Assembly: GCF_001194135.2 (NCBI RefSeq)
Contig: NC_068982.1
Span: 142,829,322-142,881,754 of the forward strand
Direction: 5' to 3'
DNA: 52,433 nucleotides
Source of the DNA: Octopus bimaculoides
Taxonomy: Eukaryota
Below the pieces are notes generated by a model. It saw only the letters and a program-made list of their open reading frames with translations, was not told where the DNA came from and did not search any database. The translations under genes were made by a program, and so were the position numbers. How positions within the stretch are numbered: position 1 is the first letter of the stretch; every line of letters starts with the position of its first letter. Below are positions 25,589 through 37,049 of this stretch, in pieces.

Positions 25589-27869
25589 GGGCAATTATGG
25601 AGTGAATTTTAGGGTTTATAAATCTATTATTTTTCTATCATTCCTTAATACTGGTTCCAATATGCTGCTGGTATCTGCAATCGGTCTGCTTAGGAGGTTG
25701 TTGTGTCCTAGTATATGTGCGGCTTATTTTCCAGTAGTGTTCTCTGTCTATTATTTTAACTCCATCCCACAAGGGGAGGCGGTTTCCATTTTTGCATACA
25801 TGATCAGCTATACCTGATTTATCAATATCTCCTCTCACAGCTATGCGATGTTCCTCTACCTTTATTTTGAGGGGACGACATGTTTTGCCTTTGTATAACC
25901 TATCACAGCTGCATAGGATGGAGTACACGCAGTCTTTGGTCATATTCTCTTCTACTGGTGGTTTTACCCGAAAGAGATATTTACGAAGTGTTGTATTACT
26001 CTTGAATACTCTCCTGATGTCATATGGGCCGCATATCTTTTGTATCTTTTCACAGAGACCTTTGACATAGCGTGGAGAGACTGTGGACAGTTTATTGGTC
26101 TTATCCTCTCTCTTCTTCATAATTGGAGTGGATAGTATGTTTTGGGGTTAGTTGTTGCTTAATAAATTGTTATTGAGCTTGATCATTTCTTCATTGTGTG
26201 TATCACGATCGCTACTTATATTCTTTGCACGATGTTTTAGCCACTGTGTAATCCCTCTCTTAACACTGTATGGATGGTAGGAATTGAAGTTGAGGCATTG
26301 TCCACAAAAGGTCGACTGGCGTTATACAGATGTCCTGAATCCATATTTGGTGCGTGTTATTAATACGTCCAGGAATGCCAGCTGATTGTCTTTTTCCTTT
26401 TCCACTGTGAACTGTATGGATGGCTTTATTGAGTTCACATGATCTAACAGCACTTGGATATCTTCCTGGTGAGGCCAGAGTATAAAGGTGTCATCAACAT
26501 ATCGTAGCCATAGTGTTGGTTTTAATGGTGTCGATATATATCAGTGTCCATACTGAAGTAGGTAGTTTCTACACAGAAGGTTAACATGTCCATCCAGTTT
26601 CTTATTGGTATACTAGTACGTTCTTTTAGAGGGTGTCTGTCACTAGTTTTCTTGTATCACCGATAGTGCTTAACCATTTGGGACTTTGGTAAACAGGTTT
26701 ATCACATCTAGACTCACCACCTGGTTGGATTCAATCGGAGTATCCTTGATCAATTCTGTGAAATGGGTGGAATTCTTCACATACGATGTTGACTTTCCTG
26801 TTAATGGACTGATCATATCTACAAGGAAGCGGCTCAGTGGATGACATGCTGAACCTCTACAGCTCACTATATGTCTAAATGGAAGACCTTCCTTGTGAAT
26901 CTTAGGGAGACCGTACAAGTGTGGTAGTTTACTGTGGTGTTGAGTTAGTTGTCTGTACTTCATTGGTGTAAAGTGACCCTATTTCTTGATCAATATCTCT
27001 GACAACTTCCTCCCTGTTTTCAGAATTGGGTCTTTCTTTTCTTTGCTGTAGCTAGCATCATTTATAAGACTTGCCAATTTTTCAGTGTAGTCATCACCAC
27101 GGTAGCATTTCCCTTGTCCGCTGGAAGTATTATGATGGAATGTTCACTCTGTAGTCTTTTGTTAGCGAACTTTTCTTCCTTATTGATGTTATGTTTAGGA
27201 GGTTTTGCTTTTTCCAGTACCTGTCTCACTTTCTAGCACTTGATCACCTACGTTCATCTCCCTGAGCTTTTGGTATCTGTATAGCTATCTCTTCAATAGG
27301 GGCTATTATGTCCTAGTATGGAATACGCTTGATGGTTGTCGCTTTGTTGAGCCCTTCGTTCAGTACTGCTTCTTCAGAGCGTTCTAGGTGTCGGGTACCT
27401 AATTTCGTAATAAATGGTGTCAAAGTATCGAAGACATTGACAATTGAATGAGGGTCTCCGTTGATCAGAGTTGAAGTTTGCAATTTTCCATTCCTCACAG
27501 ATTTTATATATGATACGAAAAATGTAATTTCTTTTCATTTCTATTTTCTTTTGAATCGATTCTATTTCACAGACAACCTAAGATAAAATAAGAAACAGCT
27601 TTAAGAAAGATGCTTATTGTTGTCAATCGTTGTTGTTTTTGATATAGGTTTGATCTAAATTAGCCGATTTCTGTCAACGCTATTTCAGACATCAATACTT
27701 CATACTTTACCTTTTTATCGTACTCTATCGTAGTTTATCTTCGAATAATTTAGGACATGGTCTGAAGATTTGACTACTATGTCTGGCGTCCAATACAACC
27801 ATGTCGATCATTGGTCCTCTGGCCCTTTGGGGGTCCATATCAGATTTTGTAGTTAATATTTATCTATGA

Positions 27870-28200
27870 TAAGGCGCTGGGCTGGCAGAAGCGTTAGCAC
27901 GCCGGGCGAAATGCTTAGCGGTATTTCGTCTGTCTACGTTCTGATTTCAAATTACCCCGAGGTCGACTTTTCCTTTCATACTTTCGGGGTCGATAAATTA
28001 AGTACCAGTTGCATACTGGAGGTATACGACTGCCCCCTCCTCCAAAATTTCGCGCCTTGTGCCTGGAGTAGAAAAGAATACATATTAATTAAATGGGTAC
28101 CAGTTACGCACTGGGGTCGATGTATTTGAATTAATCCCTTTGTCTGTCCTTGTTTGTCTCCTCTATGTTTAGCCCCTTGTGAGCAATAAAGAAATAAATA
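27870..28200 (+). mobile_element. SINE family B (young) plus a second 3' module
   Basis: taaggcgctgggctggcagaagcgttagcacgccgggcgaaatgcttagcgg head; second gtaccagtt...ggggtcgat block and AT-rich tail at 28095-28200. Confidence 0.88.
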
Positions 28201-28262
28201 TTTATGTACGATGAAATTGGGTATATGTTTATACTTCTACAATAAATAAATAAAACTTTATA

Positions 28263-28828
28263 CAGGGTATTCAAAATGTCTCTTTGCACTAATTGTTTTA
28301 TTTCAAAATAAATATTTATAAGATGGTTTAAGACTACAAAAGGATATATTAGACTTTACGAGACTTTAAACAACTTTATAAGAAATGTTGAAAGTATCGT
28401 CCTTCATTTTCAATACAGAAGATGACTCTTCTACACATGTTTTGAAATATATCTTGGAGAGTCTGACGTGGTATGGACCGTTTGAAGGTTATGATTGCGT
28501 CTTTTAGCTCATTAATGGTTTTCGAGCGATCCTTGCACAATGATCCTTTATTTGTTCCCCAGAAAAAAAAGTTTTGAGGTGTTAAATCAGGTGATCTTGA
28601 TGACCAAAGTCACTTCGAAATAATCCGTTCACCGAAAAACTCTTGAAGTAGCGCCATGGTGATGCGCGAAGTATGTGGTGTATCTCCATCTTGCTAAAAG
28701 TATGCATTATTAATTTCACTTTCAGAGAGTTGGCCTAGAAATGGAGAGAGACAGTATTTTAACAATATCTCTCGCTGTTGACGGTGTCTTAAAAAAATTC
28801 ACTGCGGAGAGATTTCTTGAACACCCTG
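28263..28828 (-). mobile_element. Internally deleted Tc1/mariner-superfamily element (rosa/maT-like), both TIRs, TA TSD
   Basis: TIRs cagggtattcaaaatgtctct and the reverse complement of agagatttcttgaacaccctg, each flanked by TA. Minus strand encodes a disrupted C-terminus: QDGDTPHTSRITMALLQEFFGERIISK*LWSSRSPDLTPQNFFFWG...KTINELKDAI...NMCRRVIFCIENEGRYFQHFL*. Confidence 0.88.
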
Positions 28829-30386
28829 TATTTTATTTATACAATTCCTAAAAAATAATATTTGATATACAAATAAAACAAGATTTCTTAAAAGCATTGA
28901 ATGGCTGTGTAGGTCCAGTAAAGTAATATAGAAATCAAAGGGGTCCATAGGAGAAAAACGGCTGAGAAATGCTAATGTCAGATGTTACGTTATTAGCTTT
29001 GTAAGAAATAGATTTGGTTTTTCTGATGTTTTTGTGAATTCAAGGTTAGTCATAACCGAGCAGGCTTATGATCAGATACATTCCAGGCGTGACCTTCCCA
29101 TCGCTTCGTTCGGATAGAGTAAAACTAAAAATACGGTAGCCAATATGTCTTTTGTCTTTTAATAACTTGTGGAGTGATATAAGGAATATTTTGTCATTAT
29201 TTCCAACAGATCAGATAACCAAATAGATTACTTTTCATGCGTAATGTAAGGAATAGCGTTGTTATTGGGGGTGGCGGAGATGGTAACATCATTTGAAGAA
29301 TTAGCGGTGGGGAGAGGGTCCTAATGGTTGAGGTATCGAAATGCATATTGTTTCAGACAAGAGAAAACGAACGGACTGAAATAAATATAACGAGAGAGAG
29401 GAGGACTGAAAGAGGAGGATAGAGAGGGAGGCAGTGGGGAGGAGACAGACAAACAGACAGACAGACACGCAGAGAGAGCAATAACCAAGCAAGTAAATAT
29501 AATAAAATAGAAGAAGGGAAAGAGAAAGAAGGAGGAGCAGAGAGAGAGAAGGAGACAAGTTAGATAATGTAAAAATATGGCGAGAATAATGTGGGTAGAG
29601 AGCAGTTATGGATCATTTCAGTTGTCTCTTGAAAGAGGCATTTATTTTCCCCGAATAGAAAATATTCATAGGAACATACTAGAAATAAATATTGGTTCTT
29701 ATGTTTAGCTAATACCTTGTATAAGATAGAACATGAGTTTTGTGACAGATATGGCTCCCAAAAGTCGTTAGGATACTGGTATCGATGAAGTTAAATTGTC
29801 ACGGAATGAGAAACTGCGATAGTGTTTAAATTTAGAAAACCTCACCACCTGTTTTAGAAATGCTAGATGCTGAAGTTTCCATTTTCGTTATATTTATAAG
29901 ATGGAAAATGGGAAAATACAATATTGGCGTTCCCATGAGTAAACCTAAAGTAGAATTACGTTAAGTGGGAATCAAGATGGAAATGAATCCATGACACGCC
30001 ATATGTCTCATAAGGTCAGGCACAGAATCACCATTTTTCAGAAAAAAATATTCAACAAAACTCAAAGCAGAGTAGAGACGGATGATAGAATACGGTAAAA
30101 CAGAAAATGTTTCGGATCGCTGCAAGCTGGTTAGAATGTTTTTACTCTCATGTTTCCAGAGACAAAACATTTTGACAAATCACATTAGCTAAAGTGTAGT
30201 GCAATAAATAACTACAATATTGTAAAGTGACAATTCAGTTTGATTGCATTTGTCACTTGTCATACGTCACTGGAACAGGTTGTGTTGCGAAGAAACAAAG
30301 TTAATATATTTAAAAAGCAAACCACAGCATAACTCATTTTACAAAGACTGATTTCTTTTTCCTTTTTATCAAAAATATAACCATAT

Positions 30387-30440
30387 CGTACATGCGTACA
30401 CACGTACATGCGTACACACGTACATGCGTACACACGTACA
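30387..30440. repeat. 16-bp tandem repeat (cgtacatgcgtacaca) x~3.3
   Basis: Direct. Confidence 0.9.
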
Positions 30441-30452
30441 CGTGTGTATCTC

Positions 30453-30511
<59 letters not shown>

Positions 30512-30521
30512 NNNNNNNNNN

Positions 30522-30553
<32 letters not shown>

Positions 30554-30584
30554 TGTGTGTCTGCGTGCGCTCATGTATGTATGT

Positions 30585-30615
<31 letters not shown>

Positions 30616-30759
30616 TGTTTATAAATATATGTATATATGTGCGTGTATGTATATATGTATATACATATATAAATATATATATATACATACATATTTATTT
30701 ACATAATTTAAGATATATACAAATATATAATTACGCACATACATACACCCATAATCATA

Positions 30760-30791
<32 letters not shown>

Positions 30792-30853
30792 ACAATTATT
30801 CGTTTGCCATATTAAAACTCCGAGTTTCGAATATCTATATTTTGATTGCCTCG

Positions 30854-30911
30854 ATAACTGAAGAGATGCTGTTACCGGTTTCCGACCGACATCCGAAACT
30901 CGGAGTTTTAT
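30854..30911 (+). ncRNA. Minimal type-I hammerhead ribozyme motif with intact core
   Basis: Stem I ATAA(30854-57)/TTAT(30908-11); CTGAAGA 30858-64; stem II GATG/CATC; GAAA 30895-98; near-palindromic stem III ACTC-G-GAGT; cleavage triplet GUU ending at 30907. Confidence 0.7.
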
Positions 30912-31023
30912 TATGACAACCGAATAATTGTCACATATTATATTACAGATAAATTCCTCTGTTTACATAATACCGAGGTCTCTTTCATTCTTTTGTTGTA
31001 TCACCATTACTATTAATATATAC

Positions 31024-31060
<37 letters not shown>

Positions 31061-31874
31061 AGTTTGAAAAGGAACACACGAGTTATGTATAGGGAAAATA
31101 AAACTAGGTAGAAAATCCTAAAATAATTTTATCATGAAGACCATTTTAGTACCGGTTTCAGTCTTTACAAATTTTCAACTTAGAGTAAAGCATGAAAAGC
31201 AATTAAATTGTGGAAAAATTAAATGAAATGTTTTTTTTAGAATATTTCGATAGTTTTTCAAATGCAAGGGATATTTTCCTTTTTTTATTTTTTCAGTCTG
31301 TCTCTATTTTTTACAGTTGTGAGGGCTTGGAAGCAGGTAATAGGCAGTAGCAGTCCTAAAAAATATTTGATATGAGTCCTTTTTTTTTATTGTTTAAGAA
31401 GCAGTAGTAGCCGAGGAAGAAGAAGAAGAAGAAGAAGAAGAAAAGGGAGTAGGAAAAGAAGAGAAAGAGTGCGTCTACCACAAATGACACTTTTTACAAG
31501 GGCCACGCAAATGTTTAAAATGATATATTCAGAATAGTCACTACAGGTTACGTTTAGGTCACTTGACAATTGAAGAGGATTCCACCAGCATCCTACTACT
31601 GTCATACCACTTCCGTATTTTTATGATTCTTTCACTCTTCTTATTCGCCGCCGTCTCCTAAGCTACTACTGCTTCTAAAACAATGAAAACCAAGTACTCA
31701 TATCAAATATAAGTATTACTACTACTACCTGATAGCTCCTACCAAGACGTCACATGAGTAAAAAAGAGAGACAGAGACAGACAGGAAAAAGGAAAATGTC
31801 CCTTGCATTTGAAAACTGGAATTACTTTTAAAAAAACATTTCATTTAATGTTTCCTCAATTTAATTGTTTTTCG

Positions 31875-32030
31875 TATATTTCATTTCAAACATAGAACTA
31901 CTTCACAGTTTAGATCAATACCAGCAATTTCAGTAGGGATGAATCAGTCAATAGCATCGATTTATGTAATTGAGTGGTACTTTATTTTATTGACCACGAA
32001 ATGATGAAAAGCAAATTTGACTTTGGCGAT
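31875..32030 (-). repeat. 156-bp inverted duplicate of 34297-34452
   Basis: Direct by-eye alignment: 154/156 identical to the reverse complement of 34297-34452. Confidence 0.92.
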
Positions 32031-32185
32031 TGTTTTTCGTACCAAGGAAAGGTCCTCAAAAGACCGCATTGTGAAACATGAAATTTGATCATAGTCGGAA
32101 ATCACTATTTCCGGTATTGGCATAACAGNNNNNNNNNNNNNNNNNNNNNNNNNNNNNNNNNNNNNNNNNNNNNNNNNNNNNNNNN

Positions 32186-32253
<68 letters not shown>

Positions 32254-32545
32254 TATCCTTTCATTTGCCCTCATGTTTAAAGGTTTCATAGAGAGGGCAC
32301 TACATTTAAGAGTCTTCTGTAGATTGTATGAACACCCACCCACACGTTTACATATTTTATCCTTGACATAAGTTAAGAAATGCAAGCTAATCTTGCCAGA
32401 AATGGACATTTCTAAGGACGGAACTAAATTGCAATCCTCTTTTTATTGATTATACAGGGAAAGAGAGACTGGGTGAGAGAGAGAGACAGAGTGAGAGAAA
32501 GAGATGTTTATAGATAGATAGAGAGAGAGGTAGATAGATAGATAA

Positions 32546-32576
<31 letters not shown>

Positions 32577-33329
32577 TGTATGTATGTATGCGTGTATTTC
32601 AATTCCTTTATTGCAAGAAACAATGCGATTTTACACGTATTCAGAAACACACACGACTAAGTGTGAACAATTCTTAATTTTCTTTTTTGGCGAAAAATAC
32701 TGCTGATTTGAAGTACAGGAACTCCGCATGTAAATGCAATAGGCATGAGCAGAGAAAATAGCAATATTTCATTTTTGCAGGCATTTCTGGATATTCTTGC
32801 CAAATATGCACCATTTATCTGAAATTGTATGTCACTTTGTCTTTTTGGGAAACATGAGCATTATTATACATTCACATGTAATTCTTTACTAATAAACATT
32901 AACCTCTTCTTGATGGCATATGTCAGAACAAGTCTCTCCTTATATTTGCTCAAGCGGCGGTGCGAAGCGATGCTACAGCGGTTTCGCGTTGGTGATTTTT
33001 TTTCTTGTGTGTATGTGTTTTGTTTTTAATTTTTTTTGTTTTCTTTTGATTTCTAATATTCCAACACGTTATGAGAACCGAAAGGAATTTTTGTTATATT
33101 AGCTTCGTTATGGACGACTTAAGAAATGTATCTTAGCAATTGCTTTGTTTTTCCATTTTCGTCTTGGATATTTCTTTATAAAGTAGAACTCATGTAGTAG
33201 CACCGTTGCTTGTTCACACCCACAATCATTAAATATCAAACATCTCTATCGCGTATTCCAAAACTATAACTTATGTTTTAGTAGTTTGCACAGCTTTCGT
33301 ATTACTTTCTTTCTTCTTTTGCATTCAAG

Positions 33330-33435
33330 TGTCGCTGTCATGACCGATCGTATTGCCTATTCTAGCTTAAAATATGAAGACATGACATTTGTTTGCCATT
33401 GCGGAACGACAGCATGTAAATCTAGAAAACTATAG
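33330..33435 (+). CDS. Candidate terminal coding exon with post-SET-like CxCGxxxC motif
   Basis: Pyrimidine-rich acceptor ...ttcttcttttgcattcaag (AG 33328-29; alternative AG 33364-65); frame VAVMTDRIAYSSLKYEDMTFVCHCGTTACKSRKL*. No upstream SET exons found, so this is speculative. Confidence 0.25.
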
Positions 33436-34229
33436 TTCAGTGAAAGATTTTAAAGCAAGTATTATTTAAAATGACATTAGAAATAACACTTTACACTAAG
33501 GCAGATACATTAATGTTACTACTTTTCGCATGACATATTGTTAGAAATGTCAGAGAGCTTTATCCTTGATGCTTTAGGTTTTGAAACATTTGTGCTGACA
33601 AGACAACATATTATCATTATAATGGACCTGTAGAAGTCGTTCATTTCGCTCACTAACTCCAAAAAAATAAATAAATAAATGGAAAAATAAGAGTTCGTTG
33701 CGCATGACTAATCTATGAGTAGTGTTACTCAAGTAGAGACCGGGTGATAAATCTCATTTCTCACTCGAAATGCTAATTGTAAATATCGATGTTCCATGTA
33801 TTTTACTCGTGTTGAAATGGTAAAGACAAAGAAATACGACTTATGATGTTTTCATCTTATCTTTGTTACATTTGCAACGCGGATATGTAGGCATTGAAGT
33901 AGAAACTGATGATATTTACATGTTTTGCCATTCAAACACCTTTTTGAATATTTTGGCGTAATATTCGGTTAAAAATTTAAAAAAAAAAGAACTTTGTAAC
34001 AGAGTGAGAGATAAAGAAATTTTTTAAATGCACGTTCTATTGTAAGGTATTGAAAGTGTACAAATAGAAGTCTTCTTTAAGGTAGGTAATCGTAAAGAAT
34101 TCTAAACTTTAGGTTAATTACTGTATAGTAAGTGCGAGTTCGAATTCTGCTAGGATCGACTGCCCTCGTTTGCATTTTGATATCGATAAATATATTTTTG
34201 TAAAATGCTGCGTGTGTTAAGGTGGTGAC

Positions 34230-34395
34230 ATGATAGAATCATAAGCGCATCAAACAAAATACTTAGTAGATTTCTTCTGGCACTAAGCGTTCGAATATCG
34301 CCAAAGTCAACTTTGCTTTTCATCATTTCGTGGTCAATAAAATAAAGTACCACTCAATTACATAAATCGATGGTATTGACTGATTCATCCCTACT
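34230..34395 (+). mobile_element. SINE family B, strongly diverged
   Basis: gatagaatcataagcgc head remnant, gttcgaat B-box, gtcaactttgcttttcatc...aataaagtacca central block. Confidence 0.7.
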
Positions 34396-36928
34396 GAAAT
34401 TGCTGGTATTGATCTAAACTGTGAAGTAGTTCTATGTTTGAAATGAAATATAAACAATAAAAACTCTTCACTCATTCGCATGTTACCAAAATAAACCGAT
34501 CATAAATTCGCTAAGTATACATATAATTTCAGAATTTTGTATAAAGCCTATGGGGAGCAAATTTATTTGATGGATTACACATAATGAAAACCTCAGAGTT
34601 GTTACAATATTGTTAGGTATTATTATCACTGACAATTTTTTTCTGGTTATCTCACATACGAAACAAATTAATTCCAAAGTTTGAACTTCCTTTTCACTAT
34701 GAGACAACCCTGTTATTCTGATATGTCTCTGAATGAGTGCAAAGGTTCGGTTACGTATATCCTGTTGTGCTAATTGCATATTTGCCGTAGGTATTTTTAT
34801 AAGTAACCATAGCCAAATGAAGACCCGCTGATTGATCAGCAAATGCTCACTCCCTAACATGCTACATACTCTGGCCTTCTAATGCCTGACTCCACTTCCT
34901 GCGTATTTCAATTTTAAACCTAAACATATGGCATATTCCAGTAAAAGTCACTTGCATCGATATAAAGGAATGCTACATCGTTTTCTCCACTAATTTTTCA
35001 ACAAATTGTAAGAACGAAAAAGAATTTTCTTTTATCAGTTTCGTTACGAACGTGTTGGGAATGGCAAGCTAATTTCTACAAAAGATTTCATTCGCTTGAA
35101 CTATAGAACAGTAGCGTTCTAGTCTCAACTAGGTAATTTCCAACTAAACAACCCCTATATTCTGCTCATTGATCTCTCTCTTTTTTATCCCCGAGTTCGA
35201 TCGAAAAATAGTAGGTTTCCCTTTTTATTGAATCCATGATTTACTCGAGCGTGTCACTCTCTAGAATTTGATATAGACCAGTCATTTTCCTGAAAACGTC
35301 ACGTTACAGATGAATAGCTAGCATGTTGAATGTCAACAGCTTAGGCCCCCGAAATCCTTGGATACTGCTTCCCCCTGATTAATTACAGGAAAATCCCATC
35401 ACAATAATTTAATTCTACTGTTTCATAGATATTAAAACTTTCAATTGTTCATTATGAAATGACCCTATTAATTAGTCTAAAATCAGTTTGACTATGAAGG
35501 TCATTCCTAATAAATGGACGAACATCATAACTTCAATCTAATTAATCAGTCAGAAGTCATAAGAGTGTTGGGCAAGATGACTTGTCGGAATGTGCTCTGA
35601 TTCACTGTGGTTTGTTTTTAATTTTGCCTTTATCCATTCTGGGTTGAAAAAATAAAGTATCAGAGTAGAGGCGGTGTTTTAACAGAATTCTTAGAGATTC
35701 GAAGTAGATTATTGGCGATATTCTTCGAGCATTTTGTATTATGCGTACTGGGTGATAGTCTTCACCCAGTTGAACTTCAACGCGTGGTCACTCATTACCT
35801 TTAGAAAAGTTCACTCTATTGCAAGCAGAGGTCAAAATAGTTAAAGGATCATACATGGCCCTTCATTCCATGAGAAAATAATAAAAAGAACAGTTGATCT
35901 TATATTCATGATTGTTTATGAGTATAAATGAACAAATCATTAATATTTATAATGACGAAAAAAAAAACGAAACGAAAAATACTATTTCCTCAGTCGGTTT
36001 GTTGTTAATTAGTACAGAGAAAATCCACAATCATACTTAGTTTTGCTACTAAATTTCTTCCAGGCGTTTGTTTTCTCAAAACAAACATCGTTTCTTTTTT
36101 CTTTGAATTATTTTGTATTTTTAATTTTCATTTTTTTTTTCGAGTTTCATTATCCTCTGTACTTGCGTTTTCCAAAGGTAAATGAATATAAATCTTAGTT
36201 TGTAAAGTTCATGAGAAACTTTATACGTCTAATTGTATATTTTGACACGGTTTGTGTGTTTTGTTTTGTTAGTTTGATTTTTTAAAAAATTTACATAAAC
36301 ATTTCATATGACTTCTATGTCGTTTTTGATCGCGTTCAACGTTGTTTTTTGTATTTTGTGTTTGCAGACAAGTTCTATTTCTGTAGTTTTGCTCTTTTAT
36401 TTATGTCTATTGTTACTCCGTCTGTTATTACACAGATCTTTAGGGGATTTATATCAAATACATCTGTCATTCGTCTCTTTTGTATTCTATCAAGATCAAC
36501 ATTGTTTTGCTATAGTCATGTCCTATTTTTAACGTTATATGATATGTATTTGTTTATCGTTGTGTGCGTTTATTTATCTAGTTTCAACTTTATAGTACCA
36601 ATTATAACAATAGATTCTTACGGTCATTATTTTTGATCACCCGCATAGACATTCCGCGAGTGAATAGTCAGTTATTTTAAGGGCAAGAAGGACCACTATG
36701 GGAATACACTCTCGTCATATAGGATATCCATATTTTGAGAGGAATTCTTTGGGATCTGAATAATTCACCTCTGGAAATATGGGTGTTTCGTTCATCAGCC
36801 TTAAACAACCCTTATTCAGGGATCCTTTGCGCAGGATTGGCAACTAGACCCGAAGAAAATTTTAACTGGATCCCCACCTGAAAGGTCATGCACTGTTTTT
36901 TTGGTATGAGATTACCATGTTGTGCACA

Positions 36929-37019
<91 letters not shown>

Positions 37020-37049
37020 GCTGTTGTTGTTGTTGTTGTTGTTGTTGTT
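36929..37049. repeat. Compound (TAT)n(TGT)n microsatellite
   Basis: Direct. Confidence 0.97.

Larger units (their letters stand above)
25378..27500 (-). mobile_element. Penelope-like retroelement (Penelope/Poseidon type), decayed: RT + GIY-YIG endonuclease + 3' pLTR-like repeat
   Basis: Minus-strand peptides: EGLNKATTIKRIP and ILPADKGNATVV (N-terminal); PHLYGLPKIHKEGLPFRHIVS and VSLDVINLFTKVP (RT); LWLRYVDDTF (YVDD at 26490-26501); LAFLDV; CVYSILCSCDRLYKGKTCRPLKIKVEEH (GIY-YIG, ORF 25638..26120). Multiple stops and frameshifts. Confidence 0.93.

Noticed and set aside
34483-34860. 125-aa minus-strand ORF
   Set aside because: Long for AT-rich DNA, but I recognise no motif and it is bounded by an in-frame stop just upstream. 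Not supportable without BLAST or RNA-seq.
36660-36928. GC-richer block before the (TAT)n tract that looks like an interspersed repeat
   Set aside because: Only one copy in the window and no motif, so I cannot classify it without a repeat library.
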